The translations under genes and the position numbers were made by a program. DNA of 64,000 nt, taken from NCBI GenBank assembly GCA_963931105.1, contig OZ007004.1, positions 622,973 through 686,972 on the forward strand. Reading direction: 5' to 3'. The DNA is from an uncultured Peptococcaceae bacterium. Lineage in GTDB: Bacteria; Bacillota; Peptococcia; Peptococcales; Peptococcaceae. The notes under the pieces are model-generated. The model saw only the letters and a list, made by a program, of their open reading frames with translations. It made no database searches and had not been told where the DNA came from. Within the stretch, counting starts at the first letter, position 1. Each line of letters starts with the position of its first letter. Of the stretch, positions 18,007 to 27,062 are shown in pieces.

Positions 18007-18050
18007 AACAACATCGGCGGGAGCGCCTGGCTCCCGCCTCCTCCTTTTGC

Positions 18051-20420
18051 TTAGAAATTGCTGTGCTCGGTGCGCGCGATGATCGCGTCCTGCATGGATT
18101 TCGACAGATTAACGAACTGCGTCGAATAGCCGGCCACACGCACGAGCAGATCTTTATAATTTTCCGGATGCGCCTGCGCGTCGCGCAGAACCTCCGAGGA
18201 AATGCAGTTGAACTGGACATGGAAAGCGCCCAGGCTGAACAGCGTCTGCACCATCGCGCCCAGGTTGGCCTGGCCGCGCTTGGTGGCGACGAGATTGTGA
18301 TCGAGACGCAGGTTCAGAAGCGTGCCACCGCTGTGGATCTCCTGATTGAGCTTGGCGGCGGAGCGCATCGCTGCCAGCGGCGTCGAGGTGTCGGTGCCGA
18401 CAAATGGCGACACGCCTTCGCTCGATGGCTCGCCGTTTTTGCGTCCGCAAGGCGTGGCGCCGAGCACGCGCCCCATCGGGATATAGTTGGAAATACCCAT
18501 GAACGCCGTGTTGAACGGACTACCAAAAATATCGCGGTACTGGTGGATCTCATGATAGAAATGGTTGGCGATCTCGATGGCGATGTCGTCGACATAGCGG
18601 TCGTCGTTGCCGTATTTCGGACAAGCCTTGGCCTGTTCGCGCAGATCATCAAAACCTTCCCAGTTGGCCTGAAGCGCCTTCGCCAGCGTCTGCATGTCGC
18701 AGACCTGATCCTCGAAAACGAGCTTTTTCACAGCCGCCAGAGAATTGGCCACGACCGCCAGGCCGATGCCGGTGATGACCGGGCCGACGTTGTACTTCGC
18801 GCCGCCCTGGGAAAGATCCTTCCCGCTTTCCATACAGTGCTCAATGCAGGAGGAGAGGAATGGACGCGGTACCATTTCCTTGTGCAGACGCTGCGCTTCA
18901 ATGGTGAGGATGATCGAATGGCGGCAGAGGTTGTCGAACTGCTTGTAGAATGCGTTCTTCACGTCGTCAAAGCTCGTCATCTCGCTGGCTGGCTTTTCGT
19001 CCAGCCCCATTTTTTCGCCAGTCATCAACGAATACCCCTGGTTCAGCGCATATTCCATCGCCGAGCCGAAGTTCATATTCACAGCCGCTGTCCATTCGCC
19101 AGTCTTGCGGAAATGCGGCACAACGCAGCCGCAATTGTTCCAGTCGCGGGCGTCGTCTGGTTCATAGCCAGCGTTCAGGAGCATCTGATAGCCCACGGCA
19201 TCGCTGTGGATCGCTGGGAAACCTGTTCCCTGCGCCACAAGATGGCAGACAGCGTCGAGGAATTCTTTTGGACAATCCGCCTGCACGCGCACAGAAAGCC
19301 CTGGCTGGTGCGTCTTGACTTCCTCCGTCGCTTTCAGCGCCATGTAGGTGATCGGATTTGTGCCGTCGGAGCCATCGCGTTTTTTGCCGCCGACGGTGAG
19401 ATTCTGGAACTGGTTGTAGCCAGCAAAATAATCCGCCGTGTTCGACGAGATCGTCCAGACCCACTCAGAATATTTCAGCCACAACGCTTCGATGAGCTCC
19501 TGCGCAGCGTCCGGCGTGATCGCGCCTTTCGCGAGATCCGCTTCGTAGTACGGATCCATGTACTGGTCGAAACGCCCAGGATTCAGCGACAGCGGATTTT
19601 CCGACAGAATCCCGCCGATCTGCACAAACCAGATAAACTGCAGCGCTTCGTAGAAAGATTCCGGCGGATTTTCCGGCACGCGGCGACAGTTTTTCGCGAT
19701 CACGCGCAGCTCTTCGGCGCGCACAGGATCGCTCTCCGTCTTCGCCATTTCCTCCGCCGCATCGGCGTAGCGATTCGCATAGCGGATGATGCCGCGGCTC
19801 GTCCACAGCGTCGATTCGTAGAAATCACGCTTGTCTTCGTCCTCTGGATTGGTCATATCCAGCTGAGCGATGTGTTCCTCCGCTTCGCGAATGAGCCCGC
19901 CGAAGCCTTTCTTAAAGAGCACATCCTGATAATCCGGTGTGATCTCGCCGACAGCCTGGCGCCATTTCGAGTCGTTGTCGAGCACGCCCGTGTCCACGCC
20001 AATGTGCTTCGTGTCTTCCGGCACACGTGCCAGAAATGCTTCTTCCAGTGATTTGTTCTTCCAGTACGGGAACACCTGCTCGCGCATGAACGCGCGCTGC
20101 TCGTCGGTCATTTCGTACGGATCCTGCGGACGGTCAGAAAACGTGTCCATTTCCTTGTCCACCCAGAGCCAGGAAAACTCCGGCGTCAGAATGCCGCACT
20201 TGCGGTGCTCGCCAACCGCCCCAACGATCAGCTCGCCCTCAAAAATATGTACCGTCAATTTGTCGCAGCAGTCGTAAAACGCCCGCGCGCGCTGGATGCA
20301 CACCGGCAGTCCTTCCGTCTGCTTGTGGGATTCCGTCCACAGCCAGGCGCGTTCCGTGGAGATCGCAGGCTTGTTGTTCACGTAATTCTGGCGAATTTTT
20401 TCAATGCGTTCCGTCACCAT
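18051..20420 (-). CDS. glycyl radical enzyme, PFL2/dehydratase-like family, substrate unknown
   Basis: C-terminal RVAGYS glycine-radical motif (Gly codon 18129-18131). Cys loop NNCGCVVPH (19116-19133). 789 aa from ATG 20420, with RBS TGAGGTG. Confidence 0.92.
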   Translation of the reverse strand: MVTERIEKIRQNYVNNKPAISTERAWLWTESHKQTEGLPVCIQRARAFYDCCDKLTVHIFEGELIVGAVGEHRKCGILTPEFSWLWVDKEMDTFSDRPQDPYEMTDEQRAFMREQVFPYWKNKSLEEAFLARVPEDTKHIGVDTGVLDNDSKWRQAVGEITPDYQDVLFKKGFGGLIREAEEHIAQLDMTNPEDEDKRDFYESTLWTSRGIIRYANRYADAAEEMAKTESDPVRAEELRVIAKNCRRVPENPPESFYEALQFIWFVQIGGILSENPLSLNPGRFDQYMDPYYEADLAKGAITPDAAQELIEALWLKYSEWVWTISSNTADYFAGYNQFQNLTVGGKKRDGSDGTNPITYMALKATEEVKTHQPGLSVRVQADCPKEFLDAVCHLVAQGTGFPAIHSDAVGYQMLLNAGYEPDDARDWNNCGCVVPHFRKTGEWTAAVNMNFGSAMEYALNQGYSLMTGEKMGLDEKPASEMTSFDDVKNAFYKQFDNLCRHSIILTIEAQRLHKEMVPRPFLSSCIEHCMESGKDLSQGGAKYNVGPVITGIGLAVVANSLAAVKKLVFEDQVCDMQTLAKALQANWEGFDDLREQAKACPKYGNDDRYVDDIAIEIANHFYHEIHQYRDIFGSPFNTAFMGISNYIPMGRVLGATPCGRKNGEPSSEGVSPFVGTDTSTPLAAMRSAAKLNQEIHSGGTLLNLRLDHNLVATKRGQANLGAMVQTLFSLGAFHVQFNCISSEVLRDAQAHPENYKDLLVRVAGYSTQFVNLSKSMQDAIIARTEHSNF

Positions 20421-20557
20421 AGTATACACCTCATTTATTTCTATTCTATAACAGGAATGATTTTCTTAAAAACTGTATCAGTCTATCTCAAAAGTTACCA
20501 CACTCGTCAGAAATTGTCAATCTTTTTAGCATCCTGCGCACATCTGCCAGCACCCAT

Positions 20558-20589
20558 AAAAAACAGAGCCTGGAAATCCTCCAGGCTCC
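20558..20589 (-). terminator. rho-independent terminator after the flavin reductase gene
   Basis: GGAGCCUGGA-loop-UCCAGGCUCU followed by a U-run on the minus strand. Confidence 0.7.
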
Positions 20590-20609
20590 AGCAGAAATCA
20601 GCTCGCTGC

Positions 20610-21170
20610 TCACTGCAGCGCTTTGCCCACGCTGCGCGCGTCGGCGACGGCTTCCGTGACTTTGTAATATTTTTTCGTGTGCGGATCAAAGGACAGCGGC
20701 GCCAGCGCCGGAACATCGATCGTGCCCTCAGCAGTGAGAATGCGTTCGTCAACGCTGATGTCGCGGATCGTGCCGATGAGGATGTGGCTTTCCTCATCGT
20801 AGCTTTCGAGCGTGCAGTCAAGAGTGTAGGCAAGCTCGTCGATGAGCGGCGCGCCAGTCAGCTCAGATTTCGTCGCATGAAAACCAGCGCGCGCAAATTT
20901 ATCTGCAACATTGTTGCCGCTGGTGATGCCGACATAATCGCAGGCCACAACCTGATCCGCCTGCCCCATGCTGACACTGAAGGCACCAGCGCTGCGCAGC
21001 GCGGCAACCGTCGCGTGGGCAGGATTTACGCTCATCATGATCTTATCGCTCGCGCAGAGACCGCCCCAGGCAGCATTCATGCACTGCGGCGTGCCATTTT
21101 CATCGTAAGCAGCGATGATAAGCACCGGTTCCGGATAAATACGTGGCTGAACGCCAAGACTTTTTCTCAT
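20610..21170 (-). CDS. flavin reductase family protein (FMN-binding split barrel)
   Basis: 186 aa; ...PVLIIAAYDENGTPQCMNAAWGG... is typical of the flavin reductase-like domain. Confidence 0.8.
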   Translation of the reverse strand: MRKSLGVQPRIYPEPVLIIAAYDENGTPQCMNAAWGGLCASDKIMMSVNPAHATVAALRSAGAFSVSMGQADQVVACDYVGITSGNNVADKFARAGFHATKSELTGAPLIDELAYTLDCTLESYDEESHILIGTIRDISVDERILTAEGTIDVPALAPLSFDPHTKKYYKVTEAVADARSVGKALQ

Positions 21171-21237
21171 GAATAATCACTCCCGATCAATTTTCTTTCA
21201 TTAGTATAGCATATTTTCCGTCAGTACTCAAAAGCAG

Positions 21238-21266
21238 TTGACAATCGTACGCGCCGGCCCTATAAT
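21238..21266 (+). promoter_or_regulatory. consensus sigma70 promoter of the MarR-MFS operon
   Basis: TTGACA-N17-TATAAT. Confidence 0.65.
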
Positions 21267-21279
21267 TATAGTGTTTTTT

Positions 21280-21293
21280 CGGGTAATTACCCG
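21280..21293. promoter_or_regulatory. perfect 14-bp palindrome, candidate MarR operator
   Basis: CGGGTAATTACCCG lies 14 nt downstream of the -10 box. Confidence 0.5.
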
Positions 21294-21302
21294 TGGTAAC
21301 AT

Positions 21303-21791
21303 TTGAGGAGGGGACCTAAAATAGATACCTGTCTTACCCGGGCGTTTTTGGACGCCTGTCAGCTTGCCAAGCGCATGCTGAGCATTCTGCCGCCGCTGCC
21401 GGATTGGATGGCGCCGCGTCAGGTGCATGTGATCGACGCCATCTACCAGATCGGGCTCCGTCAGGACGGCGTGCGTCCGAGCGACGTGGCGCGTTTTCTC
21501 GAAGGCACGATGCCGAGCGTCACACGCATGCTGACCACGCTGGAAGAACACGGTGCCATCGAACGACGCCCGGCGGCAGACGACAAGCGCAGCCACACGC
21601 TGGTGCTGACACCTTACGGCCAGGAGCTCTACGATGTACACGTGGCGCAATTCCACGAGCATCTCACCGAGCTTTTCGCCGATATTCCCGAACGCGACAT
21701 CTGTGTCACTGTCGCAGTCATCGAAGAGACCTGGGAGCGCCTCAAAGATGACAATTTCAAGCTCCCGCTATCTGATTCTAAGGAGGTCTAA
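21303..21791 (+). CDS. MarR family transcriptional regulator (start codon uncertain)
   Basis: ...PRQVHVIDAIYQIG...VARFLEGTMPSVTRMLTTLEEHGAIERR... is a winged helix. Confidence 0.8.
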   Translation: MRRGPKIDTCLTRAFLDACQLAKRMLSILPPLPDWMAPRQVHVIDAIYQIGLRQDGVRPSDVARFLEGTMPSVTRMLTTLEEHGAIERRPAADDKRSHTLVLTPYGQELYDVHVAQFHEHLTELFADIPERDICVTVAVIEETWERLKDDNFKLPLSDSKEV

Positions 21792-21800
21792 AATCACAAC

Positions 21801-23207
21801 ATGAGTGAAGCTTTTACTTTTGAACGCCGTCTCGACGCACGACTCATCATTTCTGTCGTCGCTCTGGGGCTGATGGGATTTGTCGCCATCGCTTCAGAAA
21901 CAGCCATGAACGTCATTTTCCCAACGCTGATGCAGGAATTTGGCATTCCAACATCCACCGTGCAGTGGGTCACAACCGTCAACCTGCTGATGCTCGCAAT
22001 CATCATTCCAACATCATCCTGGCTGACCAAACGCTTTAAGATGAAAACCCTTTTCATCGCCGCCTGGGCATTTTTCACCATCGGCACGCTGCTCGGGCTT
22101 TGGTCGCCAAGCTTCTCCGTGCTGATCATCGGCCGAATCCTGCAGGGCATCAGCGGCGGTATCACGATCCCGCTGATGAACATCATCATCCTTGAGCAGG
22201 TGCCGTTCAAAAACACCGCCACCATCATGGGTATCGCTACCCTCGTCATCGTCCTCGGGCCTGCGCTCGGGCCTGCGTTCGGCGGCATGATCGTTGGCAT
22301 CGCCGGCTGGCGCATGATCTTCGGCTGCATGCTGCCGCTGCTCATCATCGCCGGGCTCTGCGGCTTCACCTGCATTCGCCAGTCGCGCCAGCTGGAAAAA
22401 GCGCCGTTCGATTTCCTGAGCTTCCTGCTCCTCGGCGTCAGCTTTTTCTGCATCATCTACCCAACCTCATCGATCAGCCACGTCGGTCTCGGCAGCCCGA
22501 TCGTTTGGGGGATGCTCGTTTTTGCCGTCGTACTTCTGGTGCTTTTTGTGCGTCACGCACGCAAGATCGAAAAACCATTGCTCAATCTCGACATTCTCAA
22601 AACACCAACCTTCACCTTCTGCCTGATCGCGCTTCTGCTGGCGCAGTTTGCAACGCTGACGCGCGGCTTTATGATCCCGAACCTGTTCCAACTCCACGGC
22701 GGCGTCTCCGCTTTCGTCGCCGGCTGCATCGTTTTGCCAGCCTGCGTCATCGGCGCTGTGATGAACCCATTCTCCGGCCGCATCTATGACACCATCGGCC
22801 CAAAGATCCCTGTCACCATCGGCTTCATCCTCATCCTCGCCGATCTCGTGCTGGAAATGCTCTTCATGGTCCACGTCAGCGCCTATGTGATGATGGGCAT
22901 CTGCGTCATCTACTGCGTCGGCCAGAGCCTCGCGCTCGGGAACACAACCACCTTCGCCCTGCGCAATCTGCCCGGCGATCAATACGCCGACGGCACGGCG
23001 GTGACCAACACGCTGCAGCAGCTTTTCGGCGCCATCGGCACGGCTGTGGCTTCGACGCTCATCACCTTCGGCCAGGCAGCCATGCCAGACGACATTGGCC
23101 AGGGCACGGCCAACGGCACCCAGTGGGCGCTGTATGTAAACTTCGCCCTCGGCGTCATCATCTTCATCTGTGCAATGAAGGGACTGCGCAGCGGCAAAAA
23201 GCAATAA
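21801..23207 (+). CDS. MFS transporter, DHA2 (EmrB/QacA-like, 14-TMS) family
   Basis: 468 aa, 14 hydrophobic segments. AAGGAGG RBS. Confidence 0.88.
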   Translation: MSEAFTFERRLDARLIISVVALGLMGFVAIASETAMNVIFPTLMQEFGIPTSTVQWVTTVNLLMLAIIIPTSSWLTKRFKMKTLFIAAWAFFTIGTLLGLWSPSFSVLIIGRILQGISGGITIPLMNIIILEQVPFKNTATIMGIATLVIVLGPALGPAFGGMIVGIAGWRMIFGCMLPLLIIAGLCGFTCIRQSRQLEKAPFDFLSFLLLGVSFFCIIYPTSSISHVGLGSPIVWGMLVFAVVLLVLFVRHARKIEKPLLNLDILKTPTFTFCLIALLLAQFATLTRGFMIPNLFQLHGGVSAFVAGCIVLPACVIGAVMNPFSGRIYDTIGPKIPVTIGFILILADLVLEMLFMVHVSAYVMMGICVIYCVGQSLALGNTTTFALRNLPGDQYADGTAVTNTLQQLFGAIGTAVASTLITFGQAAMPDDIGQGTANGTQWALYVNFALGVIIFICAMKGLRSGKKQ

Positions 23208-23217
23208 TATTTTTTTC

Positions 23218-23250
23218 GAGTCTTCTCTGCGGAGAAGGCTCATTTTTTTC
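23218..23250 (+). terminator. rho-independent terminator
   Basis: GAGUCUUCUC-UGCG-GAGAAGGCUC followed by AUUUUUUU. Confidence 0.75.
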
Positions 23251-23388
23251 GCCAGAAATCTTTCAGCCAGCACGCAGAAATTTTCTCCGCTCATTCATTT
23301 TTCGCGCAAATTTTCTGCGCAAAAATCTGATCAGCCGTAGACACCGTGGCGGCGAAGTGTCATAATATAATTGGAATTATTGTCATTA

Positions 23389-23409
23389 ATGAACCTTATG
23401 TTCATGAAC
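23389..23409. promoter_or_regulatory. operator-like inverted repeat upstream of the hydrogenase operon
   Basis: ATGAAC-CTTAT-GTTCAT overlapping the 10-bp palindrome GTTCATGAAC. Lies just downstream of a TATAAT-like box (~23365-23375). Confidence 0.35.
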
Positions 23410-23435
23410 GAAAACATACAAAGAAGGTGGAAACT

Positions 23436-25274
23436 TTGAGTAGATTGGACATCAATACTCCCGACCAGGCCCAAATGGTCGTGGACCAGCTCTACCACGA
23501 CATGGAGCGTCGCATCATCGCGTCCGGTCCTGGGCTGTGTCCGATCGACATGTCGCTGAACTTCCTCAATCTCTGCCACGCGCAGACCTGCGGGAAATGC
23601 GTGCCATGCCGCATCGGTCTTGGCCAGCTTTCGAACCTGATGCGCGGCATCCTGCGCGGAAAGGGCAAAATGGAAGACCTCGAAGTCATGGAGCGCACCG
23701 CGCAGATCATTGAGAGCACAGCCTCCTGTGCCATCGGCACCCACGCAGCGCGTCTGGTGCTCTCTGGCCTGAAAGGCTTCCGCGACGACTACATTGAACA
23801 CATCCAGAACCATCGCTGCCTCGGCAACATGGAACAGCCAGTGCCATGCGTGGCGCTCTGCCCAGCCAGCGTCGATATCCCTGGCTACATCGCGCTGATC
23901 CGCGAAGGCCGCTGCGCCGACGCAGTGCGCCTGATCCGCAAGGACAATCCATTCCCTGTGGCCTGCGCCTATGTCTGCGAGCATCCATGCGAAGCGCGCT
24001 GCCGCCGCACCATGCTCGACGAACCGATCAACATCCGCGGCCTCAAGCGCTACGCCGTCGATACCGCCGGCGATGTGCCACAGCCTAAATGCGCGCCAGC
24101 CACCGGCAAAAAAGTCGCCGTTGTCGGCGGCGGTCCTGGCGGACTTTCCTGCGCGTATTATCTGGCGCTGATGGGTCACAAGGTCACGATCTTTGAACAG
24201 TTCAAGCAGCTCGGCGGCATGCTGCGTTACGGCATTCCAAGCTATCGCTTCCCACGCGAGCTCTTGGACCGCGAGATCAACTCGATCCTCTCCCTCGGCA
24301 TTGAAGTGCGCACAGAAACCGAAGTCGGCAAAGATATTTCTTTCGCCAATCTCGACGCCAACTACGACTGCATCTACATCGCCATCGGCGCCCACACCGA
24401 TAAGAAGACCGGCATCGAAGGCGAAGAGAGCGAAGGCGTTTACAGCGCCGTTGAAATCCTGCGCCAGATCGGCGACGACATTTATCCTGATTTCCACGGC
24501 AAAAAGATCGTCGTCATCGGCGGCGGCAACGTCGCCATGGACGTTACGCGCTCGGCCATCCGCTTCGGCGCTGAAAAAGTCACCTGCGTCTATCGCCGTC
24601 GCCAGGAAGATATGACCGCGCTGCCAGAAGAGGTCGAAGGCGCCATTGCCGAAGGTGTAGAAATGCTCACAATGTACGCACCAGTGCGCATCGAATCTGA
24701 CGAAGACGGCCACGCCACTGCACTCATCGCACAGAAACAGCTGACCGGGCTCATCAAGCGCGGCAAGCCAGCTCTGTCTGCCGACGAAGTCGAAGAAACG
24801 CACATCCCTGCTGACATCATCGTCGAAGCCATCGGCCAGGGCATTGACTCGCTCGCTTTCGAAGCAGCCGGCGTCCCAGTTTTCCACGGTGCCATCAGCG
24901 CCCTCTCCGACAGCCGACTCTCCGACGAACACATGGACGGCGTCTTCGCCGGCGGCGACTGCGTCACCGGTCCAGCCAGCGCCATCCGCGCCATCGCCGC
25001 TGGTAAGGTTGCCGCAGCAAACATCGACGAATACCTCGGCTTTAAGCACGAGATCACCGTCGATGTCGACATCCCAGATCCAAGCCTCGACGACAAACCG
25101 CAGCGCGCCCGCGTCAACACCACCGAGCGCGAAGCCAGCGAACGCAAGAACGACCTCATCTGCATCGAATGCGGCCTCACCGAAAAAGGCGCCATGGCCG
25201 AAAGCAGTCGCTGCCTGCGCTGCGACCACTTCGGCTACGGCATTTTCAAAGGGGGTAGACATACAAAATGGTAA
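23436..25274 (+). CDS. NAD(P)H-dependent oxidoreductase, glutamate synthase small-subunit (GltD)-like with NuoF-type 4Fe-4S N-terminal module; hydrogenase partner
   Basis: CGKCVPCRIG (NuoF-like cluster), two Rossmann motifs VAVVGGGPGGLSCA and IVVIGGGNVAMD. TTG start at 23436 after GAAGGTGG. Confidence 0.85.
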   Translation: MSRLDINTPDQAQMVVDQLYHDMERRIIASGPGLCPIDMSLNFLNLCHAQTCGKCVPCRIGLGQLSNLMRGILRGKGKMEDLEVMERTAQIIESTASCAIGTHAARLVLSGLKGFRDDYIEHIQNHRCLGNMEQPVPCVALCPASVDIPGYIALIREGRCADAVRLIRKDNPFPVACAYVCEHPCEARCRRTMLDEPINIRGLKRYAVDTAGDVPQPKCAPATGKKVAVVGGGPGGLSCAYYLALMGHKVTIFEQFKQLGGMLRYGIPSYRFPRELLDREINSILSLGIEVRTETEVGKDISFANLDANYDCIYIAIGAHTDKKTGIEGEESEGVYSAVEILRQIGDDIYPDFHGKKIVVIGGGNVAMDVTRSAIRFGAEKVTCVYRRRQEDMTALPEEVEGAIAEGVEMLTMYAPVRIESDEDGHATALIAQKQLTGLIKRGKPALSADEVEETHIPADIIVEAIGQGIDSLAFEAAGVPVFHGAISALSDSRLSDEHMDGVFAGGDCVTGPASAIRAIAAGKVAAANIDEYLGFKHEITVDVDIPDPSLDDKPQRARVNTTEREASERKNDLICIECGLTEKGAMAESSRCLRCDHFGYGIFKGGRHTKW

Positions 25275-27019
25275 ACATCACAATAGACGGCGTAAAGCTC
25301 AGCGTTCCATCCAGCCTGACCATCCTCAAAGCTGCAGAGATCGCCGGCCATCCAGTGCCAAGCCTCTGCTACTGGGAAGGCATCAACGAGATCGGCGCCT
25401 GCCGCATGTGTATCGTTGAAGTAGAAGGCTACGATCATCTGCTGCCAGCCTGCATCGATACCGTCGCCGAAGGCATGGTCATCCACACCAACAGCCCACG
25501 CGTTCGCCAGGCACGCCGCACCAATTTGCAGCTCATCCTCTCACAGCACAACTGCGACTGCCCAACCTGTATGCGCAACGGCAACTGTCAGCTGCAGCGC
25601 ATCGCTTTTGAGCAGGGCGTGCTCTCCAATCCGTTTCCAAAATACATCGAACCGTTTGACTGGGATCTCACCTCCCCGCTCATCCGTGACGCCTCCAAGT
25701 GCATCAAATGCATGCGTTGCATCCAGGTCTGCGACAAGATCCAGAGCCTCAACATCTGGGACGTCGCCGGCACCGGCTCCCGCGTCACCGTCGACGTCAG
25801 CTACAACCGCACCATCCGCGAAGCCGACTGCGCCTTCTGCGGCCAGTGCGTGACCCATTGTCCAACCGCCGCGCTCCATGAACGCGACGACACCGAAAAA
25901 GTTCTCGACGCCCTCGCCGATCCAGACACCATCACCGTCGTGCAGGTTGCTCCTGCTGTGCGCGTCGCCTGGGCCGAAGAGCTCGGCATCGACAGCGACA
26001 TTTTCTCCACACCAAAAATGGTCGGCGTGCTCAAGCAGATCGGCTTCGACTACGTTTTCGACACCAACTTTGCCGCCGATCTCACCATCATGGAAGAAGC
26101 CAGCGAATTTATCGAGCGCTTCACCCATCGTGACCAGTACAAGTGGCCAATGTTCACCTCCTGCTGTCCAGGCTGGGTCCGTTTCCTGAAATCCAACTTC
26201 CCGGAAATGACCGACAACCTCTCCACCGCCAAGAGCCCACAGCAGATGTTCGGCGCCATCTGCAAGAGCTATTTTGCGCAGTCCATCGGTGCCGATCCGC
26301 ACAAGATCTGCATGGTCTCCATCATGCCATGTCTCGCCAAAAAAGAAGAATGTGCCCTCGAACCAATGCGTGACGCCTGCGGCGATCCCGATGTCGACAT
26401 CGTGCTCACCACTCGCGAATTCACCCGCATGGTCCGCGCCGACCACATTCTCATTGACGAAATTCCAAACACCGACTTCGACCATCCGCTCGGCACCTCC
26501 ACCGGCGCTGCCGCCATTTTCGGCACCACCGGCGGCGTTATGGATGCCGCACTGCGCACCGCCTACCACATGATCACCGGCTTCAATCCAGACGCCGACG
26601 ATTTTGAAGAAGTGCGCGACGTACAGTTTGGCGAAGGCCGCGAAGCCACCTTCGAGATCCCTGGCGCCGGCAGCGTCAAGGTTGCCGTCATCAGCGGGCT
26701 TGGCAACGCGCGCAAGCTGCTCAACGCCATCAAGAGCGGCAAAGCCCGCTACGATTTCGTCGAAGTCATGGCCTGCCCAGGCGGCTGCGTTGGCGGCGGC
26801 GGTCAGCCAATCCTCGACGGCATCGATCTCAACGTCTACCGCGGCGCCGCCCTCTGGAAGATCGACCGCGACATGGACATCCGCTTCAGTCACGAAAATC
26901 CGGACATTCTCGATCTCTACCGACTCTATCTCGGCAAACCAATGAGCGAGAAAGCCCACCATCTCCTGCACACCGACCACCACGCCTGGCAGATGCCACG
27001 CCACATGGCCGACGACTAA
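25268..27019 (+). CDS. [FeFe]-hydrogenase catalytic subunit (CpI-like M3 architecture)
   Basis: H-cluster motifs TSCCPGW, MPCLAKKEE and EVMACPGGCVGGGGQP. N-terminal 2Fe-2S plus ferredoxin CxxCxxCxxxC motifs. 7-nt overlap with the upstream gene. Confidence 0.95.
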   Translation: MVNITIDGVKLSVPSSLTILKAAEIAGHPVPSLCYWEGINEIGACRMCIVEVEGYDHLLPACIDTVAEGMVIHTNSPRVRQARRTNLQLILSQHNCDCPTCMRNGNCQLQRIAFEQGVLSNPFPKYIEPFDWDLTSPLIRDASKCIKCMRCIQVCDKIQSLNIWDVAGTGSRVTVDVSYNRTIREADCAFCGQCVTHCPTAALHERDDTEKVLDALADPDTITVVQVAPAVRVAWAEELGIDSDIFSTPKMVGVLKQIGFDYVFDTNFAADLTIMEEASEFIERFTHRDQYKWPMFTSCCPGWVRFLKSNFPEMTDNLSTAKSPQQMFGAICKSYFAQSIGADPHKICMVSIMPCLAKKEECALEPMRDACGDPDVDIVLTTREFTRMVRADHILIDEIPNTDFDHPLGTSTGAAAIFGTTGGVMDAALRTAYHMITGFNPDADDFEEVRDVQFGEGREATFEIPGAGSVKVAVISGLGNARKLLNAIKSGKARYDFVEVMACPGGCVGGGGQPILDGIDLNVYRGAALWKIDRDMDIRFSHENPDILDLYRLYLGKPMSEKAHHLLHTDHHAWQMPRHMADD

Positions 27020-27023
27020 ACGA

Positions 27024-27061
27024 AAAATGCGAACCCATTTTTACTGGGTTCGCATTTTTTA
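27024..27061. terminator. bidirectional rho-independent terminator
   Basis: UGCGAACCCA-loop-UGGGUUCGCA flanked by an A-run and a U-run. Confidence 0.85.
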
Positions 27062-27062
27062 G

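Noticed and set aside
16417-18054. 545-aa plus-strand ORF
   Set aside because: It is an out-of-frame read through the EamA 3' half, then antisense to the hypothetical gene and the GRE activase. Its composition is R/H-rich.
18063-20051. 662-aa plus-strand ORF
   Set aside because: It is antisense to the glycyl radical enzyme, which has unambiguous family motifs.
23331-27004. Two long minus-strand ORFs (643 aa and 487 aa)
   Set aside because: They are antisense to the GltD-like and [FeFe]-hydrogenase genes. Their composition is A/G/D/V-rich with no motifs.
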